64,000 nucleotides of DNA, taken from positions 359,786,001 through 359,850,000 of the forward strand of contig OZ024741.1 in NCBI GenBank assembly GCA_964016885.1. Reading direction: 5' to 3'. Source of the DNA: Eledone cirrhosa (taxonomy: Eukaryota). Below, piece by piece: positions 25,493-37,943 of this stretch; the stretch's first letter is position 1; each line of letters starts with the position of its first letter. The notes below the pieces were generated by a model, which was given only the letters and a program-made list of their open reading frames with translations, did not search any database and was not told the origin of the DNA. The translations under genes were made by a program, and so were the position numbers.

Positions 25493-28275
25493 ATCATCAT
25501 CATCATCGTTTAACGTCCATGTTCCACGCTTGCATGGGTTTGGACGGCGGTTTTCCCACTTGAGGCAAGAGTGGTTGTCTTGCTCGCATAGGACTGTCTG
25601 GCAGGTTTTCTACAGCTGGATGCCCTTCCTAACACCAACCACATTTACAGTGTGGGACTGGGAGGTTTTTACCGTGTTGCCTACACGGCCACATTACAGC
25701 GTGGACTGTGTGTTTTTTGTCGTGACACCTATACGATCTCATTTGTTTCGGCCTGGATGTTGTGGGACCAAGATAACTTTGCATTGAAAGGGGAGGTGTG
25801 GATGGGGTGAGGGTGGTGGGACGGAGGTGTATTTTGTTAGAGATGCCTACTGACTGTAGTAGGTTTTACTTTGTATTTAGGTAAGGTGGGTCTTCTCTGT
25901 TACTGAGTACCGCCAAAGGTCTCGGTCCAGTGACATTGTCTTGGAGAGGTGTGTGTAAGGTCGGAATTTATCAGCTCGTCCCAGGTTTTTCTGGGTCTGC
26001 CTACTCCGTGGCTACCATCTATCTTTATTGCCCTGCACTTTGTTATACAGCTTTCGTCTTTCATGCGCATCACGTGACCATACCAACGTAGCCTTCTCTC
26101 GAGTAAACAACATCTGATCCCTCTTATTTCTAATTTTTTCCTTAGTTCGTTTATGCTTTGCCGTTCACGTGTATTACTATTACACATCCAGCGGAGCATG
26201 CAAGCTTCGTTCCTCTCTAGTCTGCGTATATCCTCTGCACACAATGCCCAGGTCTCACTGCCATGCAACATTGCTGTTCGTATGCAGGCATCATACAACC
26301 TGCCTTTCGTTTTTAGGGAGAACCCTTTAGCGGCTAATAGTGGTATAAGCTCTCTGAACTTTTTCCATCCAGTTCTGACTCTAGCTACTGTACTTTCAGA
26401 GCACCCTCCCCCACTGCTGATTTTGTCACCCAGGTAACGGAAGCTGTCCACTATTTCTATAGAACCCTCTGCGCAATTGAAATAGCTAGTATTTTGTGAG
26501 CACTTGCTGCTACTTATTGCACCAGAGCACCGGCCACATGTAAAATCTGTGTTCTTAGTTAGCCTACCTGTGATCCCACTACATCTTTTATGCACCCATA
26601 CTTTGCATTTGGGACATAAAATGGAGTTTCTACCTACGCCTTTCCTACACACTGAGCATGGCCATTTCCCGGAAGGGACCGCCGCCTTATTTTCTTTCCT
26701 ACAAACTAGAACTTTAGTCTTAGCCAGGTTAATTTTAAGGCCTTTTGATTCTAGGCCGTGCTTCCATGTTTGGAATTTCTTCTCTAGCTCGGCCATTGAT
26801 TCAGCTATGAGCGTTAGATCATCTGCGTATAGGAGTTCCCATGGGCAGCCGGTCTTGAACTCCTCTGTTATAGCCTGAAGGGCAATAATAAATAGTAGGG
26901 GGCTAAGAACAGAGCCCTGATGGACACCAACTTTTACGCTAAACTCTTCACTATATTCGTTGTTAATTCTAACCTTGCTGACTGTTTCTTTATACATGGC
27001 TTGTATAGCTCTCACAAGCCATTCGTCAACACCTAGTTTTCTAAGAGCCCACGAGATAATGGAACGGGCGACTCTGTTGAAGGCTTTCTCCAAGTCAACA
27101 AAAGCTAAGTATAGGGGTTTACTTTTAGCTAGGTACTTCTCCTGTAGTTGTCGTACAATGAAAAGAGCGTCTGTGGTACTTTTGCCTGACACAAACCCGA
27201 ACTGCATTTCATCTAGATCAATTCTCTCTCTAATTAGTTGCGCTATTACTTTTTCCGTGACCTTCATGACCTGGTCGATTAATTTAATGCCTCTATAGTT
27301 ACTCCTATCTAGGGCGTCTCCTTTACCCTTGTAACAGTTAACGATGATGCTGCTATGCCAGTCCTTCGGAACAACCCCATTCTGTATGACTTGGTTTACT
27401 ATCCGGGTGACCATGGTGTGTCCCACCGTACCAGAGGCTTTCAGCATCTCAGCAACTATTTCCGAAGGCCCAGCCGCGTTACCCGTCTTTATATCTTTGA
27501 TTGCCTTACTTATTATACTACCTTTGACTAACACTGCTGGTCCTTCTATTGGGTCGATGTGGGGGAGACTGTCTTTCTCCCATTTATTCTCCTCATTTAG
27601 AAGCCTTTCGTAGTGACACTTCCAAGCTACCTTCTTATCAGCGTCAGTGATGGCAAGTACGCCATCATCGTTAAGTACACACTTCTCCCCGACAATATCA
27701 CGGTTTTCCTTGACACATTGCATAGCAATCCTGAACACCTCACGTTTTTGGTCGTCGCGTTGTAGAACATGCTTGAACTTTCTTTCCTCTGCTTCCCTTC
27801 TTGCGAAGTACACTTGTCTCCTAGCTTCCCTCCTGGCCACTTGATAGTCTTCTCTACTTCCCCCATCTCGCCATGCTTTCCAAGCCTGCTTTTTGGCCTT
27901 GATTGACCCCTCCACCTTACTGTTCCACCACCATGTTACTCTCCTCCTGCCTACAGGCCTGCTCCAGCCACAGACTTCGTCTGCCGCCATCAGCAGGTTT
28001 GTTTTCAGGAATTCCCACTCTTCCTCTACCTTGTACGACTCTAATTGCTCTTCCTTACTGTCGAAAGCATCAAGTAATATGCGTTGAAATTTATTTCTGG
28101 CTGTGGGATCCTTTAGCTTCCATATTTTTTCTCCTGAGGATAGTCCTCTTCTGCTGTCTAGTACGTCTCGTCCTGACTATGAGGTCGCTAATTATCAGTC
28201 TATGTTGGGAGGTGCATTCTTCATGGGGGAGGGATTTAGTGTTTACAACAGACACTCTGTCACGTCTTCTGGTAA
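25493..28275 (-). mobile_element. RTE family A, 5'-truncated copy (end of APE, full RT; ORF 25900-27990)
   Basis: 696-aa ORF with NYRGI, FVDLEKAF, YADD; a 4-bp deletion near the ORF end shifts the C-terminus. Confidence 0.95.
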
Positions 28276-28298
28276 ATATATATATATATATGTATATA

Positions 28299-31200
28299 CC
28301 TTCTCGATAACTACCCAACATCCCTCCCTCCCGCCCCCACGCACCACCATTATTACGTGGACCAATCATAAGTCAGAGGCCCATACTATCGCTTAACTGG
28401 TTGCTTTTCGATATGATGGATGGACTACGGAATTCTGGAGAGTTGAAGAGAGAAAAATCTGGACGCTCAGCGACAATGCCAAAGATAAAGACAAATTCAC
28501 CTCGTGGATGAGAATGCAAGCACTCCTCCTTGTTTCGGCCGAGGATGGCTAATATAACCCCCCCCCCCCCGCTCCCACCCTCCAAACGCAATCCAAAACT
28601 TCAGAGTTGGTACCATGAATGTAGGTTGTAGAAATGCTTGAACGTAAGGAGGTTGATGTTTGTTGTATTCAAGAGACCAGGTGGAGGGGAGGGTCTGCTA
28701 GATTCATCGTGGGTAAAGAATGATGCTATAAGCTTTTCTGGGTGGGAAATGACAATGGGCTGGGTGGAGTAGGAATCATGGTAGCAGAAAAGTGGGCAGA
28801 TAAGATAATAGACGTAAATAGAGTGAACGACAGAATAATTAAAATAAGACTTGTCCTCAATAGAACTACGGTGACAGTAATATCTGCGTATGCACCCCAA
28901 TCCGGACTGCCCGGCGCTATAAAAGACAGATTCTATGAGACACTGATGCTCGCTACCTCCCAAATAACCGACAGTGACTATATAATTATTGCAGGCGACC
29001 TAAATGGTCACGTTGGACAACATTGTGACGGCTATGACGGAATCCATGGAAGCTATGGGTTCGGTACTAGAAATGAGGAAGGCTCCAGAATCCTGGAATT
29101 CTGTGACGCAAATAACCTAACTATCTGTAACACTAACTTCAAAAAACGAGACAATCACTTGATCACCTATAGATCAGGGGAACACACAAGCCAGGTAGAT
29201 TATATCCTTACCAGAAGACGTGACAGAGTGTCTGTTGTTAACACTAAATCCCTCCCCCATGAAGAATGCACCTCCCAACATAGACTGATAATTAGCGACC
29301 TCATAGTCAGGACGAGACGTACTAGACAGCAGAAGAGGACTATCCTCAGGAGAAAAATATGGAAGCTAAAGGACCCCATAGCCAGAAATAAATTTCAACG
29401 CATATTACTTGATGCTTTCGACAGTAAGGAAGAGCAATTAGAGTCGTATAATATAGAGGAACAGTGGGAATTCCTGAAAGCAAACCTGCTGACGGCGGCA
29501 GACGAAGTCTGTGGCTGGAGCAGGCCTGTAGGTAGGAGGAGAGTAACATGGTGGTGGAACAGTAAGGTGGAGGAGTCAATTAAGGCCAAAAAGCAGGCTT
29601 GGAAAGTATGGCAGGATGGGGGAAGTAGAGAAGACTATCAAGTGGCCAGGAGGGAAGCTAGGAGACAAGTGTACTTCACAAGAAGGGAAGCAGAGGAAAG
29701 AAAGTTCAAGCATGTTCTACAACGTGAGGACCAAAAACGTGAGGTGTTCAGGATTGCTAGGCAATGTGTCAAGGAAAACCATGATATTGTCGGGGAGAAG
29801 TATGTACTTAACGATGATGGCATACTTGCCATCACTGACGCTGATAAGAAGGTAGCTTGGAAGTGTCACTACGAAAGGCTTCTAAATGAGGAGAACAAAT
29901 GGGAGAAAGACAGTCTCCCCCACATCGACCCAATAGAGGGACCAGCAGTGTTAGTCGAAGGTAGTATAATAAGTAAGGCAATCAAAGATATGAAGACGGG
30001 TAACGCGGCTGGGCCTTCGGAAATAGTTGCTGAGATGCTGAAAACCTCTGGAACGGTGGGACACACCATGGTCACCCGGATAGTAAACCAAGTCATACAG
30101 AATGGGGTTGTTCCGAAAGACTGGCATAGCAGCATCATCATTAACTGTTACAAGGGTAAAGGAGATGCCCTAGATAGGTGTAACTATAGAGGCATTAAAT
30201 TAATCGACCAGGTCATGAAGGTCACGGAAAAAGTAATAGCGCAATTAATCAGAGAGAGAATTGATCTAGATGAAATGCAGTTCGGGTTTGTGTCAGGCAA
30301 AAGTACCACAGACGCTCTTTTCATTGTACGACAACTACAGGAGAAGTACCTAGCTAAAAGTAAAACCCTATACTTAGCTTTTGTTGACTTGGAGAAAGCC
30401 TTCAACAGAGTCGCCCGTTCCATTATCTGGTGGGCTCTTAGAAAACTAGGTGTTGACGAATGGCTTGTGAGAGCTATACAAGCCATGTATAAAGAAACGG
30501 TCAGCAAGGTTAGAATTAACAACGAATATAGTGAAGAGTTTAGCGTAAAAGTTGGTGTCCATCAGGGCTCTGTTCTTAGCCCCCTACTATTTATTATTGC
30601 CCTTCAGGTTATAACAGAGGAGTTCAATACCGGCTGCCCATGGGAACTCCTATACGCAGATGATCTAACGCTCATAGCTGAATCAGTGACCGAGCTAGAG
30701 AAGAAATTCCAAACATGGAAGCACGGCCTAGAATCAAAAGGCCTTAAAATTAACCTGGCTAAGACTAAAGTTCTAGTTTGTAGGAAAGAAAATAAGGTGG
30801 CGGTCCCATCTGGGAAATGGCCATGCTCAGTGTGTAGGAAAGGCGTAGGTAGAAACTCCGTTTTATGTCCCAAATGCAAAGTATGGGTGCATAAAAGATG
30901 TAGTGGGATCACAAGTAAGCTAACTAAGAACATAGATTTTACATATGGCCGGTGCTGTGGCGCAATAAGTAGCAGCAAGTGCCCACAAAATACTAGCTAT
31001 TTCAATTGCGCAGAGGGTTCTATAGAAATAGTGGACAGCTTCCGTTACCTGGGTGACAAAATCAGCAGTGGGGGAGGGTGCTCTGAAAGTACAGTAGCTA
31101 GAGTCAGAACTGGATGGAAAAAGTTCAGAGAGCTTATACCACTATTAGCCGCTAAAGGGTTCTCCCTAAAAATGAAAGGCAGATTATATGATGCCTGCAT

Positions 31201-31998
31201 ACGAACAGCAATGCTGCATGGCAGTGAGACCTGGGCATTGTGTGCAGAGGATATACGCAGACTAGAGAGGAACGAAGCTTGCATGCTCCGCTGGATGTGT
31301 AATAGTAATATACGTGAACGGCTAAGCATAAACGAACTAAGGAAAAAATTAGAAATAAGAGGGATCAGATGTTGTTTACTCGAGAGAAGGCTACGTTGGT
31401 TTGGTCACGTGATGCGCATGAAAGACGACAGCTGTATAACAAAGTGCAGGGCAATAAAGATAGATGGTAGCCACGGAGTAGGCAGACCTAGAAAAACCTG
31501 GGAGGAGCTGATAAATTCCGACCTCACACACACCTCGCCAAGACAATGTCACTGGACCGAGACCTTTGGCGGTACTCAGTAATAGAGAAAACCCGCCTTA
31601 CCTAAATACAAAGTAAAACCTACTACAGTCAGTAGGCATCTCTAACAAAACACACCCCCGTCCCACCACCCCCACCCCATCCACACCGCCCCTTTCAATG
31701 TAAAGTTATGTTGGTGCCACAACATCCAGGCCGAAACAAATGAGATCGTGTAGGTGTCACGACAAAAAAAACACAGTCCACGCTGTAATGTGGCCGTGTA
31801 GGCAACACGGTAAAAACCTCCCAGTCCCACACTGTAAATGTGGTTGGTGTTAGGAAGGGCATGCAGCTGTAGAAAACCCGCCAGACAGTCCTATGCGAGC
31901 AAGACAATCACCCTTGCCTCAAGTGGGAAAACCCCCGTCCAAACCCATGCAAGCGTGGAACACGGACGTTAAACATTGATGATGATGATGATGATGAT
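28299..31998 (+). mobile_element. RTE family A, near full-length but defective (APE-RT; long open frame 28742-31582)
   Basis: FRVGTMNVG / VEMLERKEVDVCCIQETRW lie upstream with a deletion and TGA at 28721. Then SAYAPQ, AGDLNGH, VDYIL, SQHR, YADD; 3' stem-loop and (GAT)n. The 5' boundary is uncertain. Confidence 0.95.
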
Positions 31999-32165
31999 AT
32001 ATTATATATATATATTATATATATATATGTATATATATATATATTATTAATATATATATGTATATATATATTATATATATTACATATATATATATAATAT
32101 ATATATATATAATAACGACGGAAATGTGATAAGGAACCAGGTGGACCATAACGCATCAATATGTA

Positions 32166-32341
32166 CGAGGGCAATCCCAAAAGTAAGGTCTCCTTCCGAT
32201 ATTGCAACTTTTCCGTTAAAATCCTGTGGATGGTGCTTCGGGAAACCTCAGGAACCAAAATGCAGAGAGCATCCAGAGTGATCCGCCGATCTTTACGCAT
32301 GTTTTCCTCGGAAGGAGACCTTACTTTGGGGATTGCCCTCG
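32166..32341 (-). mobile_element. 176-bp mariner deletion derivative (MITE) with TIRs and TA target duplication; a further mariner 5' end lies at 32350-32552
   Basis: TA-CGAGGGCAATCCCAAAAGTAAGGTCTCC ... GGAGACCTTACTTTGGGGATTGCCCTCG-TA. The interior encodes the HTH fragment EENMRKDRRITLDAL..VSRSTIHRILTEKLQYRK. Third TIR at 32525-32552. Confidence 0.85.
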
Positions 32342-32751
32342 TAATAATAACTGAAATTCGCACTTGGCGATAGCGTTCAACGAGAGCTCTATTCTCAACG
32401 GCTGCCAAGCCAAGATTGAGCATCACACTGAAGCGCGCACATGCTTGTTTGGGAGTGAAGGAAGCACCAATCACAACAGTTGCCAACAGCCGTACGAACA
32501 GTTTCTCTGCGTCCCCATCGCTTTGGAGACTTTACTTTTGTGATTACCCTCGTATATATATATGTATATATATATTATATATATATATGTATATATATAT
32601 TATATATATATATATGTATATATTTTATATATATTATATATATATATATGTATATATATATTATATATATATATGTGTCTGATGGTAGCTAAGATGCTTC
32701 CATAGGCAGTATACCGGTTGAGCACTCTATGCTCTTACAGAGCAGAGTATA

Positions 32752-33082
32752 ATAGAATAGAAAACGAAAAATCAGTGATGCATCTGAACTCAATTTATTG
32801 TGTATTACAATTGTTTCGCCGGCGGACAGCTCGAGACGCGATCATTGTGTTGATCTGTCTGATTCTGGACCCGCAGGTTCGACGGACACGTCTAATGATT
32901 TCGGAGCATATTCACTGAGAGAATATGCTCCGAAATCATTAGACGTGTCCGTTGAACCTGCGGGTCCAGAATCAGACAGATCCACACAATGATTACGTCT
33001 CGAGCTGTCCGCCGGCGAAACAATTGTAATACACAATAAATTGAGTTCAGATGCATCACTGATTTTACGTTTTATATTCTAT
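32752..33082. repeat. Fold-back palindrome (about 162-bp arms, 7-nt loop) with hammerhead 3' half and AATAAA on each arm
   Basis: Loop ACTGAGA 32914-32920; GAAACAATTGTA at 33017-33028; AATAAA 33035-33040. Confidence 0.9.
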
Positions 33083-33829
33083 AGTGAGTGAGTGAGTGAG
33101 TGAGTGTGTGTGTGTGGTTTTTTTGGTTTTTTTTAACTTGTTTGTATTTCCGCTGTGGCTTTGTGGCAACATGTCTCCGGTGGCAATTTTCACTTTGTCA
33201 CACCCTTAACGTATTGTTATTAATCTGAGCTATAATCTATTGATATCATCTCATTGAGTGCTTTGTAACAACCTCAGAACTCAGAACATTGATTTCGAAA
33301 AATGCCAATCGCAGCTGCAACATCGATTTTATTCGCTATTGTTATTATATATATATATATATACACACACACGATATATATATAACATTTTTTGTGTGGT
33401 TGTTTCTATTTCCTCTCTACTCCAATAGTTGGTCTTGTACTTCAATTAAAAACCATTATTTCTCTTTCTCACTAACTTTCTATTCCTTTTTTGTTTCTCC
33501 GCGTTTCACGTTATAATTTCCCAGTTCCATGTTCTGGAAAGAAGTTGTGGTGAATCTTTGGAATAGTGCTTAATAAATATTAATAGCCCTAGTAGTTGTT
33601 CCAATGTTCAAAAGTGGCCCGCTAATGGAATATGTTGCACACCCCTGCTCTATACTTACTACAACCATTCATATTTACTCTTGTAAATATGAATGGTCCC
33701 ATTACAATTTTGTATGTGGTTCAGTTAATATTGTGCACACTGTTTGCATAGTAATTGATTTTCAACAATGACTGTCGTCTGGAATAGAAAATGTAGAAAA
33801 GAAAAAGTACATAAGTTAACCCATATGTT

Positions 33830-36030
33830 TTATGTATGCAGTGTGAATACTGTTTCATGCATTAACAAAAATGAAGCAATTTTATAACTGGAAGTAAACA
33901 AGGTAAAGCGTTGACAACACAATAAAGCGAACTAGTGTATTTCATATAGCACGACATAACTTTTAGACAATATTTGTTACATTTTAGATAATTTTAGAAA
34001 AATTCTATATCATAAAAAAGTAATAATGAAAATGATTGTGTACAGTGCTCAGATGCACTACAACTCATCAAAGGTGTATGTATAGTGCATAGAATAATGC
34101 ACAAATGTCAGTGTATGAGTCATGATATACACACAGATATATGCAAGTGTAGTGTTGGCGAATTTCGGGAAGCATGGAAGTTTGGAAGGATGCAGTCAGT
34201 GTCCTGACAGCTAACAACTGATGCAGGTAGTTTGTTTCGTGCTTCAGCACGTTTCCTCACTAATCATCTTTCTAATTAGATAAATATTTGTTTCAATCAG
34301 ACAATCATCATCATCATATTTAACATCTGTTTTCCCAGTAGGTCACCACACACCAAAAAGAAAAGGTATTGTCATAGAGACACCCACTTCGATTTCAGTG
34401 AAAACATTTTTTTTTTTAGTAATATCAACTAATCTGACCTCCAAGATGCTCGTAATCGACTTTTTTTTTTCAGGAAAACGTAGGAGTGGGGTGTCGCACC
34501 GAATCACGCCCCTCCTCCGAGTTTCCCTCACATTTGGGTGGGAAATAATTATTTTTCGCGTGCTATCAACTAATCTGACCTTCAGGATGCTCGCTATCGA
34601 CTTTTTTTTTCTCTCGAATTAGGGTTTAGCTTTAGGGTTAGAGTTTCCGTTTTTCGGAGGAAAGGTCGATTATGAACACCTTGGAAGTCAGATTAGTTGA
34701 TAGCACACGAAAAGAAAACGAAGGAAAATAATTATTTCCCATCAAACGTGAGGGGAGTGTAGATCTGCGAAACTCCGATGGTCTTTCCGCCTTCACCCAC
34801 CTTTTACAAAGCTAATCGTTTCTGACTGGTTTAGAGGTCATATTCGTTGACAACACGCGAAAACCAGAAAAAAAAATGTAAAGAAAACTCCGGCTGGAGG
34901 ACTCACTCCACCCTCTCAGTTTTCCTGGAAAAAAAATCCATTGCGAGCATCTTGGAGATTAGATTCGTGATAGCATACGGAAAGCAATTTTTCCCCCCAC
35001 TGAAATCGAGGTGGGTGTTCTATAAATTTACCAAAGAAAATATGAAAGAAAATTATTATAATAGATTTAAACAGTTCATTTTCATTTTATTACTGAAACA
35101 GTTGGCAATGGTATTTAATGCGACTTCCAGAAACTGATGAAAATCACATTGTTTACATCGTGTCTACCTACAACGGAGAAGAACTAAGATCCGTGAGCCA
35201 CGGTTGTTGAATTTATTTCTCCATGTGCGTTCGTGAAATATGATGTACATAGAGTCACTTGTGGCACGTTGTCATCGGAGCTTCTTTGCTAACAACGTCC
35301 ACCGCCCTTCACCAGTATATCTATAAACACTGGTTGTTTGGATCTACGAAATTAAGCGAGTGGTTCACAAATTCATTCGCATATGTTACAATGTAATGTA
35401 GGATTAGAAAATGTAACAATTATATTTTCTAATCCTACATATGAGACCCAACACGCGGAGATCAAACGTGTACCTATTGGAATCCAGTCTAATAATGAGC
35501 CAGTGCATCTGGACCTTGACATGTTTAAGAAATATCAAAAACTAATAAAACACGACAGCAACAGTATGCAATGTGTGTAAAATGACGTCATTTCCGGTTA
35601 TTTACCCCCCCCCCCTTTTTATGAATGTAAAATATGGTTTAACCGGCGTTAATGTTCTTAAACTACTAAATACTCCGGCAACGTTTCGTTGTAGGTAGAC
35701 GCGATGTAAACAATGTAACTTCCACTAGTTTCAGGAAGTCGCATTTATTACCACCGCCAGCTACTTATGAAATGAAAATAAACGGTTTAAATCTATTACA
35801 ATAATTTTCTTTATCAAATATAATTTAAAATTTGTCTAAAATTACCTAAAATTGACTAACATTGTCTAAAATTTATGTTGTAGTGAAAATACATTAGTTC
35901 GCTTTATTATGTTGTCAACGATTTACCGTGTTTACTTCCAGTTATAAAATTTACTTTCACTTTTTTTACCAACGTAAAATAAGATTTTATGCATAAAACA
36001 GTATTCACATTGTCGGCATAATAAAACGCA
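33830..36030 (-). mobile_element. Degenerate Merlin/IS1016-like DNA transposon with long inverted arms; left arm interrupted by about 1 kb of insertions
   Basis: 33830-34015 plus 35040-35175 are inverted relative to 35680-36030. The interior translates (minus strand, broken) to WIPIGTRLISACWVSY..L and FVNHSLNFVDP..EGRW. Confidence 0.7.
34376..35030. mobile_element. Palindromic MITE-like element with TTAGGG-like centre; related pieces at 58448-58870 and 59735-60000
   Basis: ACACCCACTTCGATTTCAGTG ... CACTGAAATCGAGGTGGGTGT; internal repeats TATCAACTAATCTGACC; centre TAGGGTTTAGCTTTAGGGTTAG. Confidence 0.7.
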
Positions 36031-36089
36031 TAATTTAATTTCAAACATTTGTTTCAAATGTCTGCAGATACGTGAGAAAGAGATTATTT

Positions 36090-36205
36090 GATCAAATCCC
36101 GCCGAGGTTAACTTTGCCTTTCATCCTTACGGGGTCGATAAAATAAAGTACCAGTAATGTACTGAGTATTTGCTGGTCTTGTGCCTAAAGTAGAAACAAT
36201 TATTT
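36090..36205 (+). mobile_element. Deu/Nin-domain SINE (other copies about 41420-41630, 41640-41870, 45195-45395, 47290-47500, 49420-49570, 50325-50575, 58972-59158, 62250-62430)
   Basis: CAAATCCCGCCGAGGTTAACTTTGCCTTTCATCCTTACGGGGTCGATAAAATAAAGTACCAG...GTGCCTAAAGTAGAAAC. Confidence 0.85.
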
Positions 36206-36698
36206 GATGTCCCATAGATGTGATATTTCCTTTCATTTTACTAATAAATCATCCTGAACTTTCATATGCAGCTCAATCAGATAGGTTGTATTACTATTAA
36301 AGTAGTCGGCAGTGGTATTTAATGCCACTTCCAGAAATCGCCTTGTTTACATTATTTCTACCTACAACGAAAGATACCTCTTCATGAAAATGTCTTGAAA
36401 TGGGAAAGTAGTTTAGCGCAAATCAGTCCCGCTCAATGATGAAAGCCAGTCTAAGCATGTCCATCCTGTCTTTTCAGACACAATTTATTTTTGACTGTAT
36501 TAACTATTCCTTTTTTTTTGTATAGATACGGTATCATTGTGAGATTTAGCTAGTAATTTTAGCAATTCGAACGACAACAAAAAACTCCTAAGGAAAAAGG
36601 CTGTTCAATATAAGTAGAATAGTATGCGATACACTTTCTATCAATCTACATCTCTCTCTCTCTCAATCTATGTCTTTTTCTCTTTCAATTTATGCCGT

Positions 36699-36779
<81 letters not shown>

Positions 36780-37280
36780 TATTTACCCAGAAAACAATGG
36801 CGTCTAAACAGATCAATCATTTTTGTTTTGTTGCATCAATTGTCGTATTGTCGTAAATAATAATTTCGGAAGCGTTATTTATCATAAACTTCTTTCCCCA
36901 CACTTATCGTTTATTGGTAAACCGTTGACGACTATTTACCTAAATAATTGTCTCGTTTATTGTGTTGGGTTTATGAAGTGAACCTGCACTAACACTTGCC
37001 ATGTACGTTGAATCTGTTCTTGTCAGCTACCATTTCCTACGATTCTTAAACAGTTGTTGTTGTTGTGTAGCCTCATGTCAAATCTGATCAAGCAGACGTA
37101 TTTTGGACAGCGAAGGTAGAGGAGGAATCATTGATTTAATAAAGCTTTCGGTTGGGTCGAGCTGTCCTGCAGGCGAGTAACTTCCAGTTTTTTAGACGTT
37201 AAACATCGTAGTCATAGTGGTGTTGTGCACAATAGGGTCATTCCTTAATCAAACAAACCTCTAATTAAGTTCCTCTAGGA

Positions 37281-37943
37281 CAGGCTTCTCGAAGTGGTCC
37301 ATATAGACGCTTAAGGGTGAATATAATTTTGGTAGAGGTGGATAAAAGCTTAGGTGTTTCACAGGGAATTATAGCGAGAATACTGGGTTGTATGAATGTA
37401 ACAAGGAATACAATGTTTGTGTGTATAATATTTAATTAACAATGGTAGATAGTATAGTTGAAATGTCAAAGATGAGGTTGATAGAATGAAGCAAAGTTAG
37501 TAGTTACCGTTTTGATTGCCAGGCAAACGCGGCTGGCAGAGGACGCCTGGCTAAGGCCAGCCAGGCGCCAGGAAGGCCAAATGAGAGGCTCTTAGCCTGG
37601 TGCCGAAAAGGCAATGAGAGATTGAGAGCTTAAAGTTGTTAGTTTTATAGGGTTCTGACCGGAAGTTACAGAAAGGGTTCTACTTCCCGTCTGGATGTTA
37701 ATCCAAACAAGGGAGACAACCGCTACAGAATGAAGGGAACAATCGCTTGATCATGTACACTGGCAGTCAGATATCATACACCTAGATAGGTTAATGATTT
37801 GTTTCTGGTATAAGTTGTATTAATAAACACTGGTAAATTAATTATAGTTTTGTAATTTTATATTTGATTAATGTGTTTGGGGTGAATAGAAGTTGAATTT
37901 TGTTACAAGGGGTTTATCAAAGCTAAAACTTTGAGAAGCCCTG
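37281..37943. mobile_element. hAT-like non-autonomous element with a nested insertion
   Basis: Ends CAGGCTTCTCGAA / TTGAGAAGCCCTG; imperfect 8-bp flanks CTCTAGGA / CTTTAGGC. Confidence 0.55.
37389..37759 (-). mobile_element. Probable solo LTR
   Basis: TGTA...TACA termini, internal TATAAAA on the minus strand, compositionally distinct; target duplication is imperfect. Confidence 0.4.

Noticed and set aside
28742-31582. 946-aa ORF as an active autonomous LINE
   Set aside because: The APE N-terminus is separated by a deletion and a stop, one PHD Cys is Tyr, and the C-terminus is frameshifted.
34618-34650. TTAGGG-like repeats as an interstitial telomere
   Set aside because: Only a few degenerate units, lying at the centre of a palindromic MITE.
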